From: a virus
Taxonomy: Duplodnaviria > Caudoviricetes
Reading direction: 5' to 3' (one strand)
IMG/VR virus record: IMGVR_UViG_3300022824_000016
Coordinates: 14,588-78,587 of that record
DNA length: 64,000 bases
Shown here: piece by piece, positions 28,617 through 37,733 of the stretch
Position numbering within the stretch: the stretch's first letter is position 1
How the letters are laid out: every line of letters begins with the position of its first letter
Translations under genes and position numbers: made by a program
The notes under the pieces: generated by a model
Told to the model about the DNA's origin: nothing
Databases searched by the model: none
The model's input: the letters and a program-made list of their open reading frames with translations, nothing else

Positions 28617-29747
28617 ATGCCTGAAGAAACCGTCGTGAATCCTGAACTTTTAATCGCCGGGGTCCCAAAACTACATCATTCCGCCGAGTTCAAAAATATC
28701 TACGCTGCCTTTATTCAGGCGCAGGCGGAATTTACATCCGTGCCAAAAAATAAAACGGCGACAATTCGCAACCAGAAGACAGGCAACGTTTACACCTACA
28801 AATATGCCGATCTGGCCGATGTTTTGGCTATGGCTTTGCCGGTGCTGACCAGACATGATCTGGGCCTCTTACAGCCACATCTTCGGGTGGATGGTCGGTT
28901 GCGGGTTTGCACGCGGTTGATTCACTCCACTGGCGAATGGCTGATGTCGGATGGTGTGGCGATTCTGGAGTCTGGCAGCCCACAGGAGTTTGGCACCGAT
29001 TCAACCTATTACCGTCGTTATGATGCCTGCACATTTCTAGGCATTGTGGCAGACGAAGACATTGACGCACAGAAAAACGCTGAGATTCGGCAATCCACAC
29101 CATCAGTGCGCCAACCTGCAGCCGTTGCTAAACCTGCCACCGGTCCAAAGCTGCAGCCAAAAACTGAACCTTCTCCTGAACCAACTTTGGTTGCCAGCAA
29201 ATCAGAGCAGTTGGTTTCTGAGGAAGCCGATAAGCACCTCACTGAACGTGAAGATCTGATTCTCAAGCTGAAAACTTTGGTCATAGACAACAAAGAACTG
29301 GGCAAGCGGGCTGCAGCGATGTTTCCTCAGCACCGCAGCACCAAAACTTTGATGGTCGCAGACTTGCAACGGCTTTATGAAACCCTGCAAAGCGAAAAGG
29401 AATATCGGGAATCGCTTACGGAAATAGTGAATCCGGCGCCATTTGTTGCTTCAGTGCCACCGACACACAAGGAAACGGCTGATATTGCCACCATGTTTGC
29501 CGAAGGCAAGCTGACCACGGCAAGCAGGATTACAGGCCCGACAATCGGCAAAGGGTTGGCACAGCGGCTGCACAAATTGATTGCCATTCACAAGATTCAT
29601 ACCGAAGAGGAGTTATTGGAAGACTATTTGAAGCCGATGGGTCTGGAACATGCTTCGGACCTGCCACGGGATCTCTACGCATCGTTATGCGACTGGGCAG
29701 AAGGAAAATTGCAGGAAGGAACTTCAAATGGAGAAAATGGCGAATAA
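28617..29747 (+). CDS. ERF-family ssDNA annealing protein
   Basis: AQAEF..VPKNK, YKYADLADV and STYYRRY...LGIVADEDID motifs. Confidence 0.85.
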   Translation: MPEETVVNPELLIAGVPKLHHSAEFKNIYAAFIQAQAEFTSVPKNKTATIRNQKTGNVYTYKYADLADVLAMALPVLTRHDLGLLQPHLRVDGRLRVCTRLIHSTGEWLMSDGVAILESGSPQEFGTDSTYYRRYDACTFLGIVADEDIDAQKNAEIRQSTPSVRQPAAVAKPATGPKLQPKTEPSPEPTLVASKSEQLVSEEADKHLTEREDLILKLKTLVIDNKELGKRAAAMFPQHRSTKTLMVADLQRLYETLQSEKEYRESLTEIVNPAPFVASVPPTHKETADIATMFAEGKLTTASRITGPTIGKGLAQRLHKLIAIHKIHTEEELLEDYLKPMGLEHASDLPRDLYASLCDWAEGKLQEGTSNGENGE

Positions 29748-29973
29748 GGTACCAGAGATGCCGTTAGAACCCGTGGCACACAGCAGTCATGTGGCAGCCA
29801 CCGGTTATGACGAGGATACGGCGCGCATGGTGGTGGAGTATCTGGACGGGAGTTTTTATCGCTGGGAAGGGATTCCGGCTTCCGTTTATTCTGCGATGCG
29901 CGCTGTACAAAGCGTGGGAAAATATTTGCGCACAGTGGAAAAACAATTTGGAAAAGGAATTTGCATGAAATGA
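29728..29973 (+). CDS. KTSC domain protein
   Basis: SSHVAATGYD...VEY.DGSFY.WEGIP..VY..M..QSVGKY. Confidence 0.85.
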   Translation: MEKMANKVPEMPLEPVAHSSHVAATGYDEDTARMVVEYLDGSFYRWEGIPASVYSAMRAVQSVGKYLRTVEKQFGKGICMK

Positions 29974-30301
29974 ATTATTATTTCTCCGTTGTTAAAAAAA
30001 ATACCGGGGAGATGTCTAATGCGAATGTTGGATCAATCCGCAGCTTTTCCGAAGAAAACAAACATCGATCAATATATGCCACTGATCGATGCAGCGCTTG
30101 CAGCCACTCTTGGAGCTGACAAACTACCAAAGGCGGTGCTGGAGGATTACGCTACCGTCGAATTAGCCACAAAGGCGGCCAAAACGATCCGCTATTACGT
30201 TCAACAAAGAAAGATCGACTTATGTGTCGTGCGTCCAAAAGAGTCGAAAACTGTTGCGGTATACAAAGGAAAAACGCAGCGCAGACAGAGGCGAAGCGAA
30301 A

Positions 30302-30985
30302 ATGAACCAAACGCCACAACCAATCAGCCCGCGCCATCCGAATCCCCACAGGCTTAAAATCTCTGGTGGCTGGTTTGAGCCGGACGGACACGTCTATCGT
30401 GACGCTCAGGGAAATCGGGTTCTGAGCGTCACGCAGATCTTTCAGATGCTGGGTTTGGTGAATTATGACGATGTCAGTCCGGATGTTTTGGAACACAAGT
30501 CAGAGGTTGGCATTGCTGTACACAAAGCAGTTGAATTGCTGTTACAGGGTTTGCTGGATTGGGATACAGTCGATGAAGCAGCAATGGCTTACGTAGTAGG
30601 AGCGGAGATACAGTTTCGCAACATGGCTTTTGAATTGGCCGAATGTGAACAACAGGGCATTTTAGAAACTCACGGCATGAAGGTTGGCTACCAGTACGAC
30701 CAGCGTGGATGGATTCTGTATAACGGGCGCAAGAGGCCGGTAATTGTGGATTTAAAGACTGCCGTGCAGGAAAGTGATACATGGGCATTGCAGACGGCAG
30801 CGTATGCGCTGGCTGCGCCCGGATTGAAGGATGGAGAACATTATCTGCGGGTAGTTTTGCATTTGCAGAAAGACGGTCGGGTCAAGCCGCTCTATTATGA
30901 AGATCCGCAGGATGAACGCACTTTTTTGTATATGGCGTATTGTGCTCAGTGGAAACAAAATCACGGATATAAACTTGCCGCGTAA
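30302..30985 (+). CDS. PD-(D/E)XK exonuclease-like protein
   Basis: LSVTQI, G.AVH, VDLKT and LQTAAY motifs. Confidence 0.75.
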   Translation: MNQTPQPISPRHPNPHRLKISGGWFEPDGHVYRDAQGNRVLSVTQIFQMLGLVNYDDVSPDVLEHKSEVGIAVHKAVELLLQGLLDWDTVDEAAMAYVVGAEIQFRNMAFELAECEQQGILETHGMKVGYQYDQRGWILYNGRKRPVIVDLKTAVQESDTWALQTAAYALAAPGLKDGEHYLRVVLHLQKDGRVKPLYYEDPQDERTFLYMAYCAQWKQNHGYKLAA

Positions 30986-30996
30986 AGGAGAATGCC

Positions 30997-31476
30997 GTGA
31001 AAATTGTTTTTCTCGACTTCGATGGGCCAATTATTCCGGTTCAGTCGCATGTACATAATCGCAGTGTTAAAGAAAAAGCGTGGCCTCCTTGCGTAAAAGC
31101 GCTGAATCGAATTACGGATTCAACCGGAGCCAAAATTGTTGTAACCAGTTCATGGCGTGATACCTCCGCAAAAAATCTTTTTTATGGTCAGGCAATAAAA
31201 ATCGTGCAAACACTTTTGAAACAGTGGGGTGTCACTGGAGAAGTTTTGGGACAAATACCGTATTGCATAGAAATTCAAGGAAATTACGCAATTGAAGCGC
31301 CAAGGGGTCAGGAAATAGCCTCTTTTCTAAAAATATGCGATAACGTAGAATCATTTGTCATTCTGGATGATGATGACGACATGGAGGATTTAAGGGAATT
31401 TTTAATTCAGACACCGTTCGAAAAGGGGTTAACGGAGGCTGACGCTGATCGAGCGATCAGGATGTTATCGCAATAA
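30997..31476 (+). CDS. HAD-superfamily phosphatase (HAD_SAK_2-like)
   Basis: IVFLDFDG, IVVTSSWR, RGQEI and FVILDD motifs. Confidence 0.85.
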   Translation: MKIVFLDFDGPIIPVQSHVHNRSVKEKAWPPCVKALNRITDSTGAKIVVTSSWRDTSAKNLFYGQAIKIVQTLLKQWGVTGEVLGQIPYCIEIQGNYAIEAPRGQEIASFLKICDNVESFVILDDDDDMEDLREFLIQTPFEKGLTEADADRAIRMLSQ

Positions 31477-31513
31477 CCAAACAGCAGTAAACCGAGGAGA
31501 AAGCGATGAAGGC

Positions 31514-32206
31514 GTGGAGGATTTTGAATTTGAACCGGCTTCGGAATTAACAACTGATTTAGCGTTACGGGCTGAACCAACGTTGTTGTTGCCCAGCAAC
31601 TTTGACAGTCGCGTAGCAGCATTGCGCAAAGAAATCGACGTTATTCTGCGCCATGCAGAAACCTTCACTGAAATTACCAGTTTGGAGCAACGCGACCGCG
31701 GAATTGAAGCAGGACAGTTGCTTCAGGTAATGTCTAAAAACGTTGCTGAATTTTATAAACCCATCAAACAGGCTATTGACCAGTTAAAACAGCCCATTCT
31801 GGAAATGGAACACGTTGATGCGGACGCGTTGAAAACCGCCAAAGAGCGGTTGGCCATAGCAATTCAGGAGTTTGAAAACCGTCAGGCATTGATTGAAGCT
31901 GCCGCCATGGAGCAGGCACAGCTCGCAGCAGCTGCGGAAACTCCGGATGGAGAGTTGCCGTTGCCGGTGATTGTGCCCGCCGTCGTTCCGGCAAAGACGC
32001 GCGGCAAAGTCGAGACCGCAAAATGGCACGCAGAAGTCGTGGATTTGTTGAAGTTGGTGCAAGCAGTGGTTTCGGGCCAGGTACTAATTCAGGCCGTTCT
32101 GGCCAATCAAAAATATCTGGACAAGCGCGCCGATTCTGACCGGGAAGGAATGAACATTCCCGGCGTGGAAGCGCATGAAACGAAAAAAATTCATTTCAGA
32201 GTTTGA
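31514..32206 (+). CDS. Hypothetical phage protein
   Basis: 230-aa coiled-coil ORF ending NIPGVEA. Confidence 0.65.
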   Translation: MEDFEFEPASELTTDLALRAEPTLLLPSNFDSRVAALRKEIDVILRHAETFTEITSLEQRDRGIEAGQLLQVMSKNVAEFYKPIKQAIDQLKQPILEMEHVDADALKTAKERLAIAIQEFENRQALIEAAAMEQAQLAAAAETPDGELPLPVIVPAVVPAKTRGKVETAKWHAEVVDLLKLVQAVVSGQVLIQAVLANQKYLDKRADSDREGMNIPGVEAHETKKIHFRV

Positions 32207-32544
32207 GCAAGAGTAGAGGGGGGTTCATGAAAACTGCTGTTTGTTTTTTCCTGAGTATCGTTTGTTTGACCGCGCCTGTTTGGGCACAAACATCATCCCA
32301 AAATCCGCAGGACTTGCCGATTGCCGTTTCGGCACCGCAATCGTTGCAGACTCAGATTGATGGTGCCTGGAAAGATGTGCGGATCGCGCAATTGCAACTG
32401 ACCCTGATTGTGCAACAGGCTTTAGCGGGAATGGAAAAGGGTGCGTATTACGACTTTACCCAGCAGAAGTTTTTCCGTCCTGCGGAACCACCGAAAAGCA
32501 CTGTAAAAACGCCGAAAGGAGCAATTCCAGAGAAAAAGCAGTAA
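32203..32544 (+). CDS. Hypothetical secreted protein
   Basis: Signal-peptide-like N-terminus. Confidence 0.5.
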   Translation: MSKSRGGFMKTAVCFFLSIVCLTAPVWAQTSSQNPQDLPIAVSAPQSLQTQIDGAWKDVRIAQLQLTLIVQQALAGMEKGAYYDFTQQKFFRPAEPPKSTVKTPKGAIPEKKQ

Positions 32545-32680
32545 TTGAAACGGCAAGATTGATACATCATGCGGCCAGTCCAGATTCTGGACTGGCCGCA
32601 ACAGAAAATGGAACCTATAGAAAAAGCAGTCTTTTTTAATAGCTCTTGACACAAAAATGGATGCAAAGCAGGATGCAGAT

Positions 32681-32812
32681 GACGCATGTGCCTCGAACAT
32701 GCGTCTATTCGGTCGCGATGCGGAGTCGACCCCTCCAGTTGGTTGCGGCCAGCAAGTCGTGATGGGCTGGTTGGTCCTCGGTGCCGGCCCGTCGCGACGG
32801 GTTCACTCTTTT
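32681..32812 (+). ncRNA. Candidate structured ncRNA or leader
   Basis: Three hairpins (9 bp, multibranch, 15 bp) downstream of TTGACA-17-CAGGAT. Confidence 0.4.
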
Positions 32813-32864
32813 GGGACAAATTAGATTTCCACAACCTTTTTGATTTTTTGGGGAAAAATGTTGC

Positions 32865-32930
32865 GTTTCGGTTCAAAAAGGTCTACCTTAATTGCATCAG
32901 AACGAATAGAATGTTTCGGTTCAAAAAGGT
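32865..32930. repeat. 18-bp direct repeat GTTTCGGTTCAAAAAGGT x2
   Basis: Copies at 32865 and 32913; partial inverted copy near 32833. Confidence 0.8.
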
Positions 32931-32992
32931 TTATAAACGAGCAATTGGAATGGAATAAGTATTCTTGTGCATCCATAACCAAGGAGCAGAGG

Positions 32993-33271
32993 ATGAAATC
33001 CGTTGAAGCCGATCGTCCCTATGAACCGCTAATCAAATCGGAAAAAGCAGCCGAATTTTTGGGTTGTGCCCCCCTTACCGTGCGCCGGATGGCACGCGAT
33101 GGAAGGTTGCCTTCGATTCCCTTTCCGAGAGGAAATGGAAAATTTCAGCATCGTTTTCGCCTTTCAGAATTGCAGGCATACGTGGAGAGTCTGTCACAGT
33201 CATACAACAGGCCAACGTGTCAGGGAACAGACTTCGACGCGCAAAAGCGAAATGACAATCCGGGTGCCTGA
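32993..33271 (+). CDS. Excisionase-like (HTH_17) DNA-binding protein
   Basis: LIKSEKAAEFLGCAPLTVRRMARDGRLP; converges on the integrase. Confidence 0.75.
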   Translation: MKSVEADRPYEPLIKSEKAAEFLGCAPLTVRRMARDGRLPSIPFPRGNGKFQHRFRLSELQAYVESLSQSYNRPTCQGTDFDAQKRNDNPGA

Positions 33272-33328
33272 TTTTTGGTATGCAACGAGCGGCTGTCCAA
33301 CCGCACGATTTGTCGGACAGCCGCTTTT

Positions 33329-34618
33329 TCAGGCCACCAGGTGCACGTCATATTCGCTTTCATGACGACATTTGTCGATAAAGTCGGCCCAGTGCTGCAT
33401 CATTTTAGTGCGGGCAGCCAGATATTTTGCTTTGTTGTAGACGGCGGCAACCTCACCTTTGCCGATATGCGAAAGCTGCATCTCAACATGCGTTGGATCA
33501 AAGCCCTGCTCATTGAGATACGTAGACGCAATGTGCCTCCAGCCGTGTCCGGTCATGCGGCCTTTATAGCCCATCCGATCCAGTGCTTTGAGAATAGTAT
33601 TGTTGCTCATTATGCCCGTGCCACCGTTGTAATCAGGAAAAAGACGATCTGTATCGCCACTGACAGTTTGCAGACGTTTTAGTACGGCAAGAGCCTGTGA
33701 GGAGAGCGGCACAATATGTTCGCGCTTCATCTTCATGCGTTCTGCCGGGATAACCCAGAGATTCTGTTTCCAATCGATTTCTTCCCATCGGCCACCGATC
33801 AACTCCCCGGTACGAATAAAGGTCAGGCTGAGTAGTTCCATGGCCAGCCGGGTCAGAACGTTTCCGTTATAGTTGCGCATCTTTGCAAGCAGTTCCGGTA
33901 CATCACCGATGTCCAGATGGGCGAAGTTCTTTTGAACTACTCTGGACAGGATCTGGCCCGGCTCGATGCTGGCAGCTGGATTTGTGGCATTTTCATCAAG
34001 AAAGCCATTATTCAATCCCCAATCAAAGATCTGACGAATGATCTGCAGATTGCGGCGCGCAATATCGCGGGCACCGCGGGCATCCACAGCCTGAGAGAGA
34101 GCCACGATGTCCATGCGTTTGATCTCATCGGGACGTTTTTTGCCAATTTGAGCAATTACGTCGTTTTCCAGCCGGGCTTCAACATTGGCGGCGTATTTCC
34201 GGTTCTTATCGGCTTTCCACCAGGTAAACCATTTACGGACCAGATACTCGAAACAGTCCGTAGCGGTTTTCTCTTCCTCGGCGCACTCCGCTTTTTTCAC
34301 TTCTTTGGCTTCTTTACGCACAGCCATGGGATCGACGCCTGTGGCCAGAAGAGCCCGAGCTTTGGCATGGCACACACGTGCTTCCGCCAGGGAAACATCG
34401 GGATACTTGCCCAATGCCATTTGTTTTTCTTTTCCTTCAAAACGATAGCGCCAACGCCAGAGTTTTCCACCAGTTGGTGCAACTAACAGATAAAGTCCTC
34501 CTCTATCAGCGAGGTAGTATGGCTTTGATTCTGGCATGGATTTTTGGCATTTCAGATTGGTTAATTCGGCTGAAAGCTTCGATGAATTGCTTGATGTTTT
34601 TTCTTTCAAAGTTTGCAT
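33329..34618 (-). CDS. int: P4-family tyrosine integrase
   Basis: Arm domain (DRGGLYLLV...WRWRYRF.GKE...LG.YP.VSL.EAR); catalytic R (IRTGEL), HGWRH, LSH and VYN. Confidence 0.92.
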   Translation of the reverse strand: MQTLKEKTSSNSSKLSAELTNLKCQKSMPESKPYYLADRGGLYLLVAPTGGKLWRWRYRFEGKEKQMALGKYPDVSLAEARVCHAKARALLATGVDPMAVRKEAKEVKKAECAEEEKTATDCFEYLVRKWFTWWKADKNRKYAANVEARLENDVIAQIGKKRPDEIKRMDIVALSQAVDARGARDIARRNLQIIRQIFDWGLNNGFLDENATNPAASIEPGQILSRVVQKNFAHLDIGDVPELLAKMRNYNGNVLTRLAMELLSLTFIRTGELIGGRWEEIDWKQNLWVIPAERMKMKREHIVPLSSQALAVLKRLQTVSGDTDRLFPDYNGGTGIMSNNTILKALDRMGYKGRMTGHGWRHIASTYLNEQGFDPTHVEMQLSHIGKGEVAAVYNKAKYLAARTKMMQHWADFIDKCRHESEYDVHLVA

Positions 34619-34625
34619 GTTTTCC

Positions 34626-35225
34626 TCATTTTCCTGTTTCTTTGCGAATGGTTTTCAAATCAATACCCAAAGCAAGCAGTTCTTGTATTTGCTTTTCAAA
34701 AGCAGCCCGATTTAAAACCGACAGATTATGGGTCAGATTTTTAAAAGCCAAATTGCTTTCGGCCAATATTTTATGGGCCATGTTTTCGAAATTGCGGCTG
34801 CTTGTAACCAACAATTCGTTCATCAACTTTTCGTAAGCTCGACTACTTGAATTGAGTAATTGAGATGCCAGTTTTTCTTGTGCCAGCATCGCAGCAGCCA
34901 AAATGGATATTTTCTTTTCTTCGCGAAATTCCGCTCTCTTTCTCAATTTTTCAGATTTTCTTTTGGCTATGGGATCAACACCCGTGGCCAGAAGAGTCCG
35001 TGCTTTGGCATGAAGTACGCGTGCTTCCATCAAAGAAATATTGGGATATTTGCCCAACGCCATGAGTTTTTCTTTTTCTTCAAAACGGTAGCGCCATTGC
35101 CAGTGTTTGCTTCCTCTCGGTGTTATCAACAAACACAAACCATGCCCGTCGGTAAGGCGATAGAGCTTCAGACGAGGAGATGCTCTTTGGCAAATCAGAT
35201 CGGAAAGTCTGTTTGTAGCCTTCAT
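34626..35225 (-). CDS. Stand-alone integrase arm-binding domain with an unrelated helical C-terminus
   Basis: N-terminal ~95 aa closely paralogous to the integrase arm domain; no catalytic domain. Confidence 0.8.
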   Translation of the reverse strand: MKATNRLSDLICQRASPRLKLYRLTDGHGLCLLITPRGSKHWQWRYRFEEKEKLMALGKYPNISLMEARVLHAKARTLLATGVDPIAKRKSEKLRKRAEFREEKKISILAAAMLAQEKLASQLLNSSSRAYEKLMNELLVTSSRNFENMAHKILAESNLAFKNLTHNLSVLNRAAFEKQIQELLALGIDLKTIRKETGK

Positions 35226-35484
35226 GTTTCCCCTATTCCGTACATATTTTTCTTCCCAAAAATATGTACGGAATAATTCCGTACACGCATCGTACTTTAT
35301 CTCAAAAAATGTACGTAGTAAATAGCTGCTTCCGGAAAAGTCTCTTAGGGCATTATCGTGTCAGATGAACGAATTTTGGGAGAGGATTGGCATTAAATCG
35401 TTGATTTTAAAGGATAGAAAAGCAGGAAAGAAGTAGAGACACGTCGAGTAATGTTTAGGTAAGTTTAGGTTGAAAAAAGGGAAA

Positions 35485-35503
35485 TGGCTGCCCCCCAGGG
35501 ATT
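35485..35503 (-). other. attP-like core: 3' end of a tRNA (Gln-like)
   Basis: Minus strand AATCCCTGGGGGGCAGCCA = T-stem, acceptor strand, G and CCA; IHF-consensus site at 35394-35406; between int and alpA. Confidence 0.7.
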
Positions 35504-35687
35504 ATGATGTATATGAAAAACAAGGAGTTATATGCGTTTTCCAGAGAAATATCCACAAATATATACATACCCCTAAAAAACACTGCCATCAAAATTCGTT
35601 CAAATAATTCATTTCAAACGTTTCTCGACTTCTCTTCGTTATCTTTCAAAATCGCTTGCAGACAACCAAAAAGCATGGATAATCACT

Positions 35688-35921
35688 ATGGAGTTTGCTA
35701 TGACGAAAACAAGCAAATCAATGGATACAACCTCCTTTCCCCAGATCCTGCGTAAGAAGCAGGTGCTCTCGATGGTGGGGCTGAGTGCCAGCACTGTTTA
35801 CGTGCTGCAGAAGGCCGGAAAGTTTCCCCTTCCCATCAAATTGAGCCAGCGCGCAACCGGATGGTTGGACAGCGATATTACGCGTTGGCTGGCCGACAGA
35901 GCCGCTGAGAGAGCCGCCTAA
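35688..35921 (+). CDS. alpA: AlpA-family regulator / recombination directionality factor
   Basis: ILRKKQVLSMVGLSASTVY...G.FP.PIKL..RATGW. Confidence 0.88.
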   Translation: MEFAMTKTSKSMDTTSFPQILRKKQVLSMVGLSASTVYVLQKAGKFPLPIKLSQRATGWLDSDITRWLADRAAERAA

Positions 35922-36022
35922 AAAGCTCCCACAACCAGTACCTTTTTCAATTTACCCCATGGCCCCTTCAACGGGTCAAAGGGACGTTTCGCGTTTTTTC
36001 AGGATTCAGTCGACGGAGAAAG

Positions 36023-37726
36023 ATGCGTGCCTACTATAACGATTCTGATCCCTTCAAATGCGAAGTGATTAGAGAAGCAATTAAGGCAGGTGCCATCGCA
36101 CCAGGGGACGTGGATGAACGGAGTATTGCCGATGTCGAGCCAGTTGACCTTATGGGATACATCCAATGTCACTTCTTTGGAGGCGGCGAATTTTGGTCTC
36201 TCGCCCTGCGACAGGCTGGATGGCCAGACGACCGCGAAGTTTGGACAGGGAGTTGTCCCTGTCCGAGTTTTTCCGCAGCGGGCAAAGGACAAGGGTTTGC
36301 AGACCCTCGTCACCTCTGGCCTCATTGGGCACAACTCATCCGCGAGTGCCACCCTTCAACAATTTTTGGAGAACAGGTTAGTGCAGCGATTGGACATGGG
36401 TGGCTCGACCTTATTCAAACTGACTTGGAAGCACAAGACTACGCCGTTGGGAAGGCAGTATTTGGAGCGTGCAGCGTCGGCGCTCCGCACATCCGGCAAA
36501 GACTTTACTTCGTGGCCAACTCCTTGCGCGGAGCAAGCCAACGGAGAACCAGAAGCATTTTTGGAGCGGAAGCGACGAGCGGTGATGCGGGGAGTGCAGA
36601 TGGGCGTTGCACTGACCGACCTGAATATGGTGGCGAAACTGAGTTCGTGGCGCAGTCCCAATGCACGACTGAATGGGGGCGGGGACTATTCAGACCCGGA
36701 GAAAGCAGCGAAGCGACTGGAACAAGGACATCAGTTGAATCTCAGCGAAGAGGTGTTGATATCGGCATGGCCGACACCGCAGACGCACGACGACAAGCTG
36801 CGAGGCAACACGGAAGCGGACCATCATTTTTTCCCGCACGATCTGAGCAATGCGGCAACTCTATCCAGTTGGCCGACACCATCGGCAACCGAGAGGAGCG
36901 GTCAGGGACCGTTGAACTCGTCACTGATGCAGGATGCTCGTTTGGCATCGTGGAGCACACCACGGAACGAGGATGCGGAATCGGCGGGGATGCGACACAG
37001 CCGGGGAACGGCGGATACGCTGACGGCGCAAAGTTCGCTTGCAGCGTGGTCCAGTCCATCCGCACGGGATTGGAAGGATACAGCGGAAATGGCGACGACC
37101 GGAACCAATCCGGACGGGTCGGAGAGATCACGACTGGACCAGTTGCCGAGGCAAGCGAACCTGGCGGGCTGGCCAACTCCGATGGCGGGAAGTCCGGCGA
37201 CAGAGAACTACAACGAAGCGGGCAACAACGACAGCAGCCGGAAGACGGTGGAACTGTGTGGATGGGCATCTCCGAAAGTAAACGACGACAATCTGGATCG
37301 GCGCGGCGCAGAGGCGACGAAGAAGGAATGGAATCGCGAGAACGCGAGCCGCAGCAGCCTACCTCTGGAAGTGAAGATGCTGGCTGCGTGGCCGACACCA
37401 AATTGTCCGAATGGTGGCAGGGTGCAGTCGGACGAAGTGACTATGACCCAGCGCAAGACGGATGGAACGAAAGCACAAGCGGCGCTGGAGAACGTAGCAC
37501 GATTGAGCGGTCCGGTCCGGTTAACGGCTGGTGGGCAGGTGCTGACTGGATCGGATGCCGGGATGGAAAGTTCCGGCCAGTTAGACGGGGCTCATTCCCT
37601 TTGGCTCCAAGGTATCCCGGAAGAGTGGCGGAACTTCGTCTCGCAGGCGACGCAATCTGTATCCCTGCAGCGCAGACATTCATCAAAGCGTTCATCGAAA
37701 TCACCGAGGCAAAACGAGGCAAATGA
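36023..37726 (+). CDS. C5-cytosine DNA methyltransferase, alpha-like chain
   Basis: Motifs I (HFFGGG, degenerate), IV (GSCPC), VI (GEQV), VIII (APHIRQR) and X-like (RVAELRLAGDAI). Confidence 0.8.
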   Translation: MRAYYNDSDPFKCEVIREAIKAGAIAPGDVDERSIADVEPVDLMGYIQCHFFGGGEFWSLALRQAGWPDDREVWTGSCPCPSFSAAGKGQGFADPRHLWPHWAQLIRECHPSTIFGEQVSAAIGHGWLDLIQTDLEAQDYAVGKAVFGACSVGAPHIRQRLYFVANSLRGASQRRTRSIFGAEATSGDAGSADGRCTDRPEYGGETEFVAQSQCTTEWGRGLFRPGESSEATGTRTSVESQRRGVDIGMADTADARRQAARQHGSGPSFFPARSEQCGNSIQLADTIGNREERSGTVELVTDAGCSFGIVEHTTERGCGIGGDATQPGNGGYADGAKFACSVVQSIRTGLEGYSGNGDDRNQSGRVGEITTGPVAEASEPGGLANSDGGKSGDRELQRSGQQRQQPEDGGTVWMGISESKRRQSGSARRRGDEEGMESREREPQQPTSGSEDAGCVADTKLSEWWQGAVGRSDYDPAQDGWNESTSGAGERSTIERSGPVNGWWAGADWIGCRDGKFRPVRRGSFPLAPRYPGRVAELRLAGDAICIPAAQTFIKAFIEITEAKRGK

Positions 37727-37733
37727 AAGTTAA
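36090..37733 (+). CDS. Overlapping-frame beta-like chain of the C5 methyltransferase
   Basis: 547-codon open frame inside the alpha gene; nine W-x-[TS]-P modules; motif-IX-like GQLDGAHSLWLQGIPEEW. Confidence 0.65.
   Translation: MPSHQGTWMNGVLPMSSQLTLWDTSNVTSLEAANFGLSPCDRLDGQTTAKFGQGVVPVRVFPQRAKDKGLQTLVTSGLIGHNSSASATLQQFLENRLVQRLDMGGSTLFKLTWKHKTTPLGRQYLERAASALRTSGKDFTSWPTPCAEQANGEPEAFLERKRRAVMRGVQMGVALTDLNMVAKLSSWRSPNARLNGGGDYSDPEKAAKRLEQGHQLNLSEEVLISAWPTPQTHDDKLRGNTEADHHFFPHDLSNAATLSSWPTPSATERSGQGPLNSSLMQDARLASWSTPRNEDAESAGMRHSRGTADTLTAQSSLAAWSSPSARDWKDTAEMATTGTNPDGSERSRLDQLPRQANLAGWPTPMAGSPATENYNEAGNNDSSRKTVELCGWASPKVNDDNLDRRGAEATKKEWNRENASRSSLPLEVKMLAAWPTPNCPNGGRVQSDEVTMTQRKTDGTKAQAALENVARLSGPVRLTAGGQVLTGSDAGMESSGQLDGAHSLWLQGIPEEWRNFVSQATQSVSLQRRHSSKRSSKSPRQNEANES

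Noticed and set aside
30302-30985. Second Cas4 belonging to the CRISPR locus
   Set aside because: PD-(D/E)XK fold without the four-Cys cluster; sits with the ERF recombination genes
32676-32693. SRP 4.5S RNA (GCAGATGACGCATGTGCC resembles the E. coli ffs 3' part as I recall it)
   Set aside because: The conserved domain IV GGAA tetraloop motif is absent; likely coincidence
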